DNA of 64,000 nucleotides from NCBI GenBank assembly GCA_051942205.1, contig JAVECO010000033.1:62001-126000 (forward strand). The letters run 5' to 3'. The notes under the pieces were generated by a model. The model did no database searches, was not told the origin of the DNA, and was given only the letters and a program-made list of their open reading frames with translations. The stretch comes from Coniocarpon cinnabarinum. Taxonomy: Eukaryota. Made by a program: the position numbers and the translations under genes. Below, piece after piece: positions 35,948-47,099 of this stretch (position 1 is the stretch's first letter; each line of letters opens with the position of its first letter).

Positions 35948-36974
35948 ATGGCGACAATTTTCAGCAATGTCGAGGCGTTCATGGCCACCAACGCAGCCAC
36001 GCTTCTCCAGGAAGCCCTCGTCAACAACAAGGTTGACATCCCATTGCACCAGCAATGGGAGATCCTTGAACGAGCCGGCTCTGGAGAGCTCGACTATGAG
36101 AAGCTCCGCGTCTTCTTGGAGACCAAGAAGCGGGAGCATCTCCTCCTGCGTAAAGTGTGAGTGAACCTGGACTTTCTGAAACCGCGCAGCGATCTGACTG
36201 AGCAATCAGGACCGGAAAGCGTCGTTGTGATGCTGGTGCGTTCCGGGACGAGGCTGGAAATCCCGATTTCCAGCCTCCACCGAGCAAGAGACTGTAAGTG
36301 TTGCAAGACGAGCCTGCTTTCTTACGTTTCGTTCACTGTTTTCAATATCACTGAATGCAGATACTGTGGGGAAATACTATAAAATTTGAACATATCACAC
36401 ACTGATTCTCCGCTGAAATAAGCTAATTCTGTTCCATAGTCGCCAAGAGGCTCCTCCGCGTCCAGAGTCGCGTGAGCAGGATCTCGAGTGGCACGAAAAC
36501 TTCGCTCAAAATTGGCACAGGGAGATGGACAAACTCCTCGCGCCGATTCTCGCGGTGGTGCAGCAACGGGCAAGAGCGGCGGCTGAGCGCCGTCGCCAGG
36601 AAGCCGAAGAAGAAGCGGAGGCTGAGCGCTGCCGTCAGGCAGTTGTTGCAGCAGAGGAGCGCCGTCAGCAGAAAGAAGAAGAAGATAAAGCGGCGATTGA
36701 GGCCCTCCGTCGGGACATTGCTGAATCAAAGGAGCGCATTCGCAGGGCGAACGCGGTGCGCGACTTCTGGCAAGAAAAAAGCAGGCTCCGCCGCGAGGCA
36801 GAAGAAAAGGAGCGTCGCCGCCACCGCCAGCCAGATGCAGAGAAGCCCCGTCGCCAGGCAGCCAAATCGGCAGACCGAAAAGTACACAAGAAGCGCCACA
36901 GAGGGACGAAACAGCGCGACAAGCACAATGACAGCGAGCTCGGGGACCTCATGGCAAGCACGAAATTGTCATGA
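35948..36974 (+). CDS. orphan charged/coiled-coil protein, 3 exons
   Basis: Exons 35948-36156, 36210-36293 and 36440-36974 are joined in frame by canonical introns (GTGAGT..CTGAC..CAG; GTAAGT..CTAAT..TAG); E/R/Q/A-rich helix and basic tail. Confidence 0.65.
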
Positions 36975-37218
36975 ACGACAGCATAATCAGCATGCGAATA
37001 TTCACGCTGAAGTCGTCAAAATCTGGGAAACCTGTCACAACCTCGCTGTCCACGTCGATATTTCATCATCGTCGCTGCTCTATTAATCTGAGGATTTAGC
37101 ATACCCGGCTTCCCAAAGTGGCAGCTGTAAGCGCCGGCAAAAGCTCGCCTGAACACCTCACTTGACTTCCACTCCGTCAGCATACCTACCCACTCACTTG
37201 CGACAGCTCCAGCTCCTC

Positions 37219-38145
37219 ATGTACGCCTCCTCCAAAGCTTCCTCTACGACGCGCTGCCAGAAATGCCTGCAATACGGTCACTACAGCTTCGAATGCAAAG
37301 TGACGGTCCAGAATCGGCCATATAGACCTCGTCCCTCGCGCACGCAGCAGCTCTTTAACCCCACCTTGCAGCCTCAGCTCTCGGAAGAGAATCCCCTGTT
37401 ACAGAAAGCCGGAATTGCAGATGCTCAGCTCGAGAGATCCGAATACGAGAGACGAAGAAGACAAGACTCCGCAGACAGCGTGAGCACTGAAGACTCCGTC
37501 GAGACCATCTCAACAGATGACGAGCGTCCACGATCACCAGAGCCTGCAAGAAAGCGGCGACGAGCTGACAGCCACCCTGGACATGAGACACGCCAGCTTC
37601 TACACGATAACGAGGGACGACATCGCACTAAAGACCTAAGTCGTGAGCGAGATGAGAGAGATGAGCTTCTGGCCCAACGCCCTAGCATTGCAGCAAGACA
37701 TAGGCAGCGAGATCAAGAACAGCAACAAAGGCGGAGAAACCGCCCTGCATCAAGATCATCATCGCCGCCACGCCATCGCAAAGAAGCCTCTTATCATCGA
37801 GACGACAGACGAGCAAGGTCACCAAGGCAACGAGTGAACGCCGCACTAAGATCGCCCTCTCCTTCAGCACGAAGACAGCCATCAAGATCTCCATCCCCTG
37901 GCCACAATAATCGCTACTCAAGCTATCGCAGAAGGTCAAGGTCGAGATCACCGCATCGAAGACTTGATCGAGAGGACAACGGTCATCATCCCGGTCGTAT
38001 GGACGAGCCTCGCAATATGAGACGACGCCAGTATCAGCACGACGACGGTGGAACAGTCACCTATGGCAAAGCACCTCGCCAACGTAGTCTCAGTCCCTTC
38101 AGCAAGCGCGCCGCATTGACTGCCGCTATGGGCAGAACAGACTGA
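37219..38145 (+). CDS. zinc-knuckle (ZCCHC10-like) Arg/Ser-rich protein
   Basis: CQKCLQYGHYSFEC...RPYRPRPSRTQQL, RS-rich tail ending RSLSPFSKR.ALT. Confidence 0.88.
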   Translation: MYASSKASSTTRCQKCLQYGHYSFECKVTVQNRPYRPRPSRTQQLFNPTLQPQLSEENPLLQKAGIADAQLERSEYERRRRQDSADSVSTEDSVETISTDDERPRSPEPARKRRRADSHPGHETRQLLHDNEGRHRTKDLSRERDERDELLAQRPSIAARHRQRDQEQQQRRRNRPASRSSSPPRHRKEASYHRDDRRARSPRQRVNAALRSPSPSARRQPSRSPSPGHNNRYSSYRRRSRSRSPHRRLDREDNGHHPGRMDEPRNMRRRQYQHDDGGTVTYGKAPRQRSLSPFSKRAALTAAMGRTD

Positions 38146-38749
38146 CGGGAATATGCCTTTGGAATCATCCATAATTCGCGATTCGAAGCTTCGAGCAACA
38201 GCAACAAAGCCGTCCGAATTGCCAGCTTCAAGTCTTCAAACTTCAACATTTTCTTCTGAACCTCACCGTCGAGGCGGATTCATACACTACCACGAGCTTC
38301 GCCAATCTCATGCATCAGCTCTATTTTGGCTTCTTTGTAAGAGCGGAAAAGCCATCTCAATTCTCACGCTCAATTTGTCGTATTTCAAGATACCTCCTTG
38401 AACCTCACTGTCGACGCAGATAATCCAAACTGCTACGAGCTCTGCCAATCCCAGATCAGACTTGCAGCAACTCTATGTCGACTTCTTTCAGCAATGCTTC
38501 TTCGATTGGTTTCAATTTGCCTTTTTTGCGAACGATTGTATGAATAAGTCGATGCGATTTCGCTTTTCCATTTGGCAACGTCACATCGCCATCGCCGGCT
38601 CGCAGCAATACACGCAGCGTTAGTCCGAGCAGATGCCACAGAAGCGGGTTCAGAACCTAATGCGGAGGAACAGGAAGACTTCAGAGACGAGCATCCACGT
38701 TGCTCTTTGAGAGTCTATAGTACAGAATACATCGTGCTGCGGGCACGAT

Positions 38750-39581
38750 TTACGTCCTCAAATTCGCCATCTTCTCTGCTAATTCCGCTTCCCCTTCCTC
38801 ATTCATACTCCGTCTCCTCACAGCCGGGTAAAACCACCGATTCCTCTCACCCACATACACCTGCTCCTTCATCAATTTCCACTTCCTCGCCCCTTCATCA
38901 CCCCGCTCTTCCATGCCCTCAATCTCCGCCACCATCTCTTCCAGTGCCGTCTCCCCACCTGCTCGGAATGCCGTCACCTTGTGCATATTCTGCAATGTCA
39001 GTGGTTGGTGCTCGCGTCCCAAGGCACGGTCTCGTGCGATTGTCTGCGCGGTCAGGCCGAAGCGCATGTCCCTGGGTGAATCGACGAGTTCGAGAATGGC
39101 GCTCGGGGCTTGGTCTTCCTTTTTGGGCTCGGTGCGGAGGACGCGCGTGTACCCGCCGGGTCGGGTGGCGTAGCGGGTCGCGAGGGGTCCGAAGAGTTTG
39201 GGGAGGATGTCGTGGGGTGTCTGATGTAGAACGTTAGCATTGCTCTCTCAAAGGCCCTCACAGCAGGCAATCCAAGAATACAAGCCCAAAGACCTAATAG
39301 TCAACCGTAGCTAAAGGATGAAATACATCGCAGGATGGTTTATTCAAAGGAGTGAGACATACAAATAAGACTGATAGGGCTTTTCGTCGACTAGCCTCTG
39401 TGTTTCGTTTTCCTAATGTGATCAACTTCTCTGCGAGTCTTTGCGCTTCCTTGGCTTTGGGCCACGTCGTGTGGATTGTTTCGTGTGTTAACAGAGATGT
39501 GACGAGGTTGCGGAGGAGGGCTTGGCGGTGGGAGGATTTGCGTTGGAGGTGGCGGTATTGCCGGGGCCTGCCGGCGCCCAT
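38750..39581 (-). CDS. MRPL8: mitochondrial ribosomal protein bL17m (L17), 2 exons
   Basis: [47 protein letters not shown]; intron 39362-39221; then [19 protein letters not shown]. Confidence 0.94.
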
Positions 39582-39979
39582 GGTGGGTTTTGTGTTGTCT
39601 TATCCTTTGAGCGGGCGTGGAGGTCTGGTCGGGCTGTGAGGAGATCGCAGAGGCAGGCGTGGGTAATGGCTTCGTAGTGTGGTATGAAGAGAGGTTCAAA
39701 TATACTCTTCCTCGATTGTGACTGACTTTGGGCGGACGCAAGCGGTGTGTGCGGCGATTGGGTCAAATGTCTGGTGATTACTGATTACTTCGAGGCTTCA
39801 ATGTAGATGCGATAGTTGTCGTGTATAGGTCATGCTAGCGTTTGCAGAAGATGGTGCAGCTGATCTGTGCGCTGTTTGTCTCTATCTGCTTAATTCCCAC
39901 ACATCTCCTATGAGAAGCACAGACCAGTCGATCTGCTTTTCGCAAGCGCTAAGTCTACAACAAGGCTCAAGAAACCTGG

Positions 39980-42526
39980 ATGTCTTCGACGCCGATCGAC
40001 AACCGGGACCATCAGTCATCTTCCACTCGAGCTTCTGCAGTGTCATCTTCCGTTCAGTGGTCGCCTACTACGCCATCCAACTCCGCGCAGAAGCTTGGCA
40101 ACCTACCATGGGTTTCTCTACCAGACGAGTTTCGCGGCCGCGAGGCCCAAAGGTTCGAGTCGCGAGAAAAAGAACTACAAGGAATCTGTAATGTTCTGCT
40201 CCCGCCGACAGAATGCCGTGCTCCTCGTGACCGTCAGACGCTTCTAATCACAGGTCTTGGAGGGATCGGAAAGACAGAGCTCGCCTTCAGGTTTGTTTTG
40301 CAATTCAAGAGTCGCTTCGACGCTGTCTTCTTCCTTGTTGCCGACTCGAAAGACCATTTGTCCCAGCAGTATGCAGACATGGCGGTCCAGCTGCGACTTG
40401 TAGACTCCTCGAAAAGCATGAATCAGGAGTTTTGCTGCGAGGCCTTCCGAGCCTGGCTCGAGGATCCCAAAGACATTCCCGAGTCTCCGGAAGCCGAAGA
40501 TCTTGTAGATTGGCTTTTGGTTTTCGATAATGTGGTCGCCTCCGATGCAGTCTGTGATTTTCTGTCTGAGGTTAGTCATGGTAGTATCCTGCTCACCTCT
40601 CGAAGCCCCTTTCTGGATGTATCGGAATTGGACATCACCATGAGGATGCAACTGGCCGGCTTGTCTGTGAGCTCTGGGGCTCGCTTGATGAGACACTGCG
40701 CGCGAGACGAAGATCTGAACGACTCACGTACTCAAGCAGACGCCGAACAAGTTGTTCAATGGATCGAAGGTCACCCTTATGCCATCGAACAGCTTGGATG
40801 CATCATGCGTGGCTGTCGTTCTGTCTCAAACTTTCTAGAAATCTATCCAGCGAAAGCTGATATTTTTGAATGTCTCAACATGATCCACACTGACATTGAA
40901 GAGAATCTCATTGACATCTGGGCTCTGGACAAACTTCAAGAGGAACACCGTGATACGTTCGCGTTGTTATCACGCATTGCCATCTTAAACCCAGAATGCA
41001 TCGAGCACGATCTTTTGAAGCCTCGTCAGATCAACTCGAATACTGCGAGTCCGGACATGCCTCCGGCACAGTACATCGCACATCGAACGCGACTTGCTGA
41101 CGCCTCTCTGATAGAGGTCGACAGCGAAACTCAAGACGTGCGAGTGCATCGCATCGTCCAGGACGTGATCATAGATATGATAGCACGACGTGGCTCCTAC
41201 TTGCCAGACTTTCGTGGCGCCATCCAGACAGTGGCCGACCGGTGGCCGTTTTTGAATCGTGACTACGTCTCTGGAACTGCAACAAACATGGATCGCTGGG
41301 AAGCATGCAAACAAGCTTACAATCATATCATTCGTCTTATGGAAGCCTACCGTGTGTTTTCTCGCTATGCAAAGCAATCTCTGGCGGTACCTGAGCTTGC
41401 CGAATTACTATTGGAGGCAGCACAGTGAGTTCCAGTCTCTTTATAGAAGTTGCATACTAATTCGTGAAACAGATATCAACTAGAGTGTAGCCTTGATGAT
41501 AATGTCGTGGCTTTGCTCGACACCGCGCAATCCATCTACGAGTGTACGAGTCACGACTCTGCAAAAACCGATGAAAACATGGTGAAAGTCTATCGAGGAA
41601 GAATCGGGCTGGCTTCTTCTAGCAAGAATGCGGACGAGCTACTTAAGTTCGCACAAATAGCATGGAAAATTGAAACAAACAAGTTTCGGAAAACCCGACA
41701 GCAGACCCCTTTTCTTGCAGTAGCTCACAACGACCTCGCCGTGGGATGGGCATGTCAGCGCGAATGGGAAAGAGCAATCGCGCTTTTGGAGGAATCAAAG
41801 GCTGTTCGGGAACGAATGCCAGGTTTCACCAGGGACAAATTGTTCTCGCCTCTATACCATTTAGGCCTTGTCTTCCTGCACCAGGGAAGGTTCAGTGAGG
41901 CAGAGGAGGTACTAAATCAAGCGATACGAGACAGGGAGGAGGTCTTTGGCGCGAATGACGCAAAGTCGACTCGGTACGTTGTCCAGATTGGATTTTCTGG
42001 TTCGAGCTGACCTATCAATCAGAAGCGCCGCACTCTTTTATGCTCGCGGCAATGTCAAGTTCAACCGCGCAGACCCGGGTCTCAATGACCTGCGCGAGAG
42101 CTTGAGAGACCACAATGAGGCCATGTCGCGAGCCACACGAACCATGGGAGCCCAGAGTTGGCCAGCTCTTCTGTGCCAGTATCAGGTTGCAAAAGTCCAC
42201 ATGGCATTGGGTGAGCATGAAACTGCATGGTGCGTTCTTTGTTGCCGGGATCGTGGTTGTGATCGAAGCTGACAATTTGTGCAAGTGACTTGCTCAAGGA
42301 TGTCCTAGCTCGCACAATCGACAAACCTACTTACCACCGCGATATTGCCCAGACTTCGTGTCTTTACGCAAAATGCCTGAGGCTGCGGGGAAACGTGGTG
42401 CAGTCGGAACAGGAGTTATCTAGAGCCGTGGAGTTGCACAATAGCTTGCGTCCGTTGCAACAACGCACGACAAGTAACCTTACGGACGGAGACATTGCTG
42501 AGCTCATTCCATATGATTACTTGTAG
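39980..42526 (+). CDS. NB-ARC plus TPR protein (fungal NLR-like STAND NTPase), 4 exons
   Basis: Walker A GLGGIGKT, Walker B WLLVFDNV, GSILLTSR, GHPYAI, VHRIVQ; TPR-like helices in exons 2-4; introns at 41425-41472, from about 41974, and from about 42230. Confidence 0.88.
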
Positions 42527-43027
42527 ATTCAACGCGGTCTTTACCGACTGTCATCTGGTGACACGTGAGTGCTAGTGTAAAGTAGTGTCATTACTGTATT
42601 CAGATTGACACGTAATCGCGAGGCACCCCATATCAAGGGCACTTGTATGATCCAATCACTGTGTCCATTCTTCAACGCCTCCTGTAGAGCATCACTATCG
42701 CATAGAAATGCAAATGCGAGCATGATCGGAATATAAGGAGGCCAAAACGGCCTCTTTACATCAATATTGTAGGATACGAGTGCCAAGACTGAAGCTTTTT
42801 ATTTTAGCCTTGGCAATGCTGAAAGCTCAAGATCAATAATACCAAAGTGCTTCACGAGTCGACAAGAGCTCAAACTCAACACCCAAGATACCTCTTCTAG
42901 CCCTCAGTGATTAGTCTCACCCACATAGACCCCCCATAAAACCGCAATGAACCCCTAACCCGGCCTCCGACTTCGAGAATTCTACCCATCTGCACAATCC
43001 TCAGTACCTTGCCCCGACATTCAAACA

Positions 43028-43492
43028 ATGCCCTTCACAACCGGCCTCGTACGTCCGCCTCTCTTTTGCCCTCCGCGCCTCTCCACATCTGACCCCGTCT
43101 GACATCTCCAGCTCTCCGGCCTCACCCTCACAACCTCAACACTCTACCTAACCCTCCTCTTCCACCGCCAAACCCGCTATCAACAATCCTACACCCTCGC
43201 CCTCTCCACCGCCAGTCTCACAGACATCTACGATCCCCCGCCTCTGAGGACGCCGTCGAATGAAAGGTTTCAAAGGGCGGGATTGAGCGAAATGGCGAAG
43301 GAGAGGTGGAATAGTGAATTGAGTGAGAATGTGAGACGGGTCGCTGAGTTTGATTGGAACGCTTTTGGACGGGAGGCGGAGGGGTTTGTGGAGGGGATGG
43401 TTAAGGGGTTGGGGAGGAGGTTGAGGAGTGTACAAGAGACGGCGAAGGAGGGCGGGAGCGTGGGAGAGGCAGCGAAGGAGGGTGAGCGGTGA
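43028..43492 (+). CDS. MIC12: MICOS complex subunit Mic12 (Aim5 family), 2 exons
   Basis: MPFTTGL|LSGLTLTTSTLYLTLLFHRQTR...EMAKERWNSE...VRRV..FDW (intron 43049-43111), matching the fungal Mic12 pattern. Confidence 0.78.
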
Positions 43493-43801
43493 CGTTGGCG
43501 CAGAGAAGCAGACGCCCATAAGGGTTACAAAGTCGTGGCTGGAAAGTACGAAAAGCGTAGCAGATGCCTCATCCTCAAACAGGAATCAGAGGTACGAACG
43601 GTGTGTATTGTCGAGATATCAAAACGGTGCACACGTAATAACAGCGGTGAGTATATGCAATATTCACACAAGAGGACCCGTTTCGCCCTCAGAAAACCCC
43701 ACGCGTCTGCATCATTAGCGGCCGGTCGAAACTTCCGCGACGGCCGTCATCCCTCATGCAATCATGACTCCTTTCAATGAGCATTTAACGAAACATAGCG
43801 A

Positions 43802-44592
43802 CTACCGCGCGTCCTCGGCGAGTTTTGTCCGCTTCGAAGACCTCGTCGCCGCAGCGTCTTCGTCACTCGAGCTTGAGCTCATTTCGGCTCGCGCCTTGCC
43901 CGCTCTGATCGCCTTCTCAGTCAGGAGACCCTTCAACAGCTTATTCTCTTTCTCAAGCTCCTTCACGCGCGAGTCGAGTACATTGCACTTTTCCGTCATC
44001 TCCTTGGCCGTTTGCTCCATAGCCTGCTCCCGCTGCTTCTTCTTGACGCGGAAGCGCGCAGATGCGGCGGTGTTGCGTCTCCGTTTGTCCTCCTCGGCGG
44101 AGACGGACATGGGATTGTCTTCGGAATCTGCGGGGTCCTTGGCGCTGGAAGGCTTCGATATGCTTTCGCGCTTGACGTCGGATTTGGTGGGTGCTCTGGA
44201 GGTGGTGGGGCTTGCTATCGTGGATGTGGGACTGGCAAGGTCTGAGGAATATAGCGGTGCTGATCGTGTGCTGGCATTATGGAGACTGGCGTCGAACTTT
44301 TGCTCGGCAGAGTTTGTGAGGTCTCCCAGGTCTGCTCAGTATGTTAGACTTCTCCTGGTGAAAGACGAGCTGTCAGTGCTTGGTGGAACTGACCAAACGA
44401 CTGGAAGCCCTGTGTAGTGCCATTGTCGATACTGGCGGGGTTACCGAGACTAGCAGGCCAGAACTGGGGATCCATGAACATTTCGATGTTGTTGTCGAAA
44501 TTTGCATCGCCAAGCGACGACTGCATTGACAGGTCATACTCCATGGCGTTCAAGGGCGGGTAGTCAACGCTGTCCTCGTTCAAATTGGACAT
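43802..44592 (-). CDS. metR: bZIP transcription factor, MetR/Cys-3 family (sulfur regulator), 2 exons
   Basis: Basic region EEDKRRRNTAASARFRVKKKQREQA followed by a leucine zipper. Exon 1 (MSNLNED...) is joined in frame by a GTCAGT...CTAAC...CAG intron. Could be a paralogue. Confidence 0.8.
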
Positions 44593-45266
44593 GATGCGTT
44601 GGAACGCGTGCGGACGGCAGCAGCGTCACCAGTTGTGCGAGTATTTCCGTAACGTCGAGAAAGGCGAAACAATCTGCAGGTTTTTGCTCTTCAAAGCTAG
44701 GCCGGACCTCGGCTTTGTTCCGAGAGAGATCCAGATCAGGGCAAGCGGTGTCTTGTACTCGACTGCTCTTCTGGAAGGACCGCGTGGACGTCGAGTGGAG
44801 TGGTCGAGGAGTGAACAGGAGAGCGTGTGAGCGTATAGGAGGGGTGGGCAGAGTGGAGGCAGAGAGAACGTCAGAGTGCGGTGTCGTGGTGGTGGATTTG
44901 AGTCCGAGAGGAGGGCGCTGACTGGCTGAATAATCAGGCATTGAGAGGACGTGCCCCACCGCCCGAATCACACCTCTCCACTTTTTCGCCTCGAGCTAGC
45001 GTCGCCGCGTCGCCCATTTTCTGACTCCCTGCGAGCCTTGCCCCCCAGCTCCGAATGCACATCTCCGTGCAGCTGATGATAGTCTCTGCGCACGTCCAAT
45101 TGCAGCTCGTGTCTGACTAGGAATGCCTTTTGCGTATGTCGGGGTGCATGACAACCTAGGACCAATGCACAATAGGTCCAAATCACTTGCTTGAACTCCA
45201 GTCAACGCTAAGGTTGTTGAGGAGTGGGCTTGGAAAATGCGGCACCCTGTTGGACTTTGCTGCTAT

Positions 45267-45276
45267 ATCACGTGAT
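45267..45276. promoter_or_regulatory. palindromic E-box ATCACGTGAT (Cbf1-type) in the metR/TRAPPC2L divergent intergenic region
   Basis: Perfect 10-bp palindrome containing TCACGTG; function is inferred only. Confidence 0.35.
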
Positions 45277-45528
45277 GTCAAAGCACCCGATTGTGCTAGG
45301 ATACAGATTCCCCAGTCGAGTTACATTACCACCTTGCATGCTGGTCCTTTAGATTCTGAAAGTCATATTCGTCCAAACATTAGCGTAGGCTGATCAGACA
45401 CTCAGAACATCTGTACACTCATTCATGCTTACGCTATGAGGTTGTTGGCCAACATGGCGCTCATTGACTTGATGGTCCTCACTCCCGGGCTTACGTAAAT
45501 AATCTAGTAAAAGAGATCTTGTCACACC

Positions 45529-46110
45529 ATGTCTCAAGGCACACCGGCAATCGCCTGCATCGGCGTGATTGGCAGACATGTAGGTAGACAAAACATTTTA
45601 TGCCCTTGCATTCCATCCTGACCGATCAAGAACAACCCTCTCCACATCGCAACATTTCCCCCTGGACAACGCGATGAGCTTGAGTTCCAATTCCTACTTT
45701 CGTCGAGTCTAGATATATTCGAGCAGCGATTGCCGGACCAAAGTGCCGATCATGATTTTGGTCTCTTGCAAGCTCTCGACGAGCGCATAGCGATGTACGG
45801 ATGGGTCACCAATACAGGCGTCAAAATTGTCATTATTATCGACATGGAAGGCAAACCCCCTGACCCCAATGCCAACAGGTACAGCAGTGTCCTCGGCATC
45901 CGAGAATCTGACCTGAAGCCGGCCTTTCGTGCAATCCAGACAGCCTACATTCGACTGCTGCGAAATCCATTCTATGAACCGGATGACCACTCGCCTCGAA
46001 GCCTCAATGCCCAGCACACGCATGGTTCTCTCCAAATTAACAGTACTCAATTCATCAACGAGGTTGATCGGATTGGCCGTATTTGGTACCCTGGTGTGCA
46101 GGCTATTTGA
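45529..46110 (+). CDS. TRAPP complex subunit, sedlin family (TRAPPC2L/Tca17-like), 2 exons
   Basis: IACIGVIGRH|NNPLHI...SSLDIFEQR...FGLLQALDERIAMYGWVTNTGVKIVII...AYIRLLRNPFY. Confidence 0.9.
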
Positions 46111-46251
46111 AAGGAAACACGAGCCAAACGTCTCTGCGACATTTAAAGGATAATCCAGTTTACGAGATGATGACAGACTCATCGCAACTGACGCGTGCTC
46201 CAGACTCCTGAACACCCGCAGAGAAGCACTCCTTGCACGGGGGCGAACCTG

Positions 46252-46770
46252 CTATCGCGGCATCGTCATGGGAGTTTGCTGATGCATGCACATTTTCTGT
46301 GCCTGTCAGCTGAACAATCACAGGCCTCAAGCTGACTAGATTGAAGGCGAGTACTAACCCAGTTGCCATGTTCTCGTCTCCAAATACTTCCTACCATCGC
46401 CTCATAAACTTCCTTACCTCGACTCGCCTCGACCTCATAGCAGATGGAGGCAGCCTTGTCTCCCAGTGGAATGACCTTGACATTGTCGAGCTCATAGCGG
46501 TCCCAAGGCTTCATGTCATCGCGGCTCAAAATGTCCTTCAAAGAAGGTTTCGAATTGGAGTCGATGATAGTTGCGTAAGGCATGATCATCGTGCTATCGC
46601 GATCAGCCGGGCTATGCAACCCAACCGCAGGTTGTTCGAGATGCACCTTACCAGTCATTAGTCAGGAACGGGAGAAGAGCCTGACCAGATTGCTTGAGGG
46701 CGTCCCATGTCATCGACTCCATGTTCAAGATCTCCTCATACAGATGAGCGGACTGCTCTGAGCTTGTCAT
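46252..46770 (-). CDS. DUF4440/NTF2-like small protein, 3 exons
   Basis: Spliced product MTSSEQ...E..TWDALKQSGQALLPFLTNDC.MIMP...PWDRYEL..V.VI.LG..AASICY.V.A.R....Y.A..GSIWRR...W|KMCMHQQTP. Confidence 0.78.
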
Positions 46771-47099
46771 TTTAAAAAATGGACCTGAAACGACGATTCC
46801 TAATTCGATGCTCGCTGAGTCTCACCGAGCAGCTGTACAACCTTGAGGCTGGGTCAGAGCTAGACTTTTGTCGTCGGAGCGTGCTGTACTGGCGCAAGGC
46901 ATTCGGACGTGAACACGTGGTTAGTCTCGTTGGCGCTGCCTCGGCCTGGCCCGCGATATCGATATAGATCGTTATCGCTGGCACTTCGTGCCTGGCTTAC
47001 ATCATTCATTCGGCTGTATCGGTCTCTTGTATGTGCACGTCGGCGCAATGCTCGCAATGATGCTCTCGAGTGCTTATTGTACGACATTCACTGACGTCC

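Noticed and set aside
39980..40150. Amyloid signalling motif at the NLR N-terminus
   Set aside because: No HRAM, sigma or PP-like G/N/Q pattern is visible, and there is no adjacent effector gene
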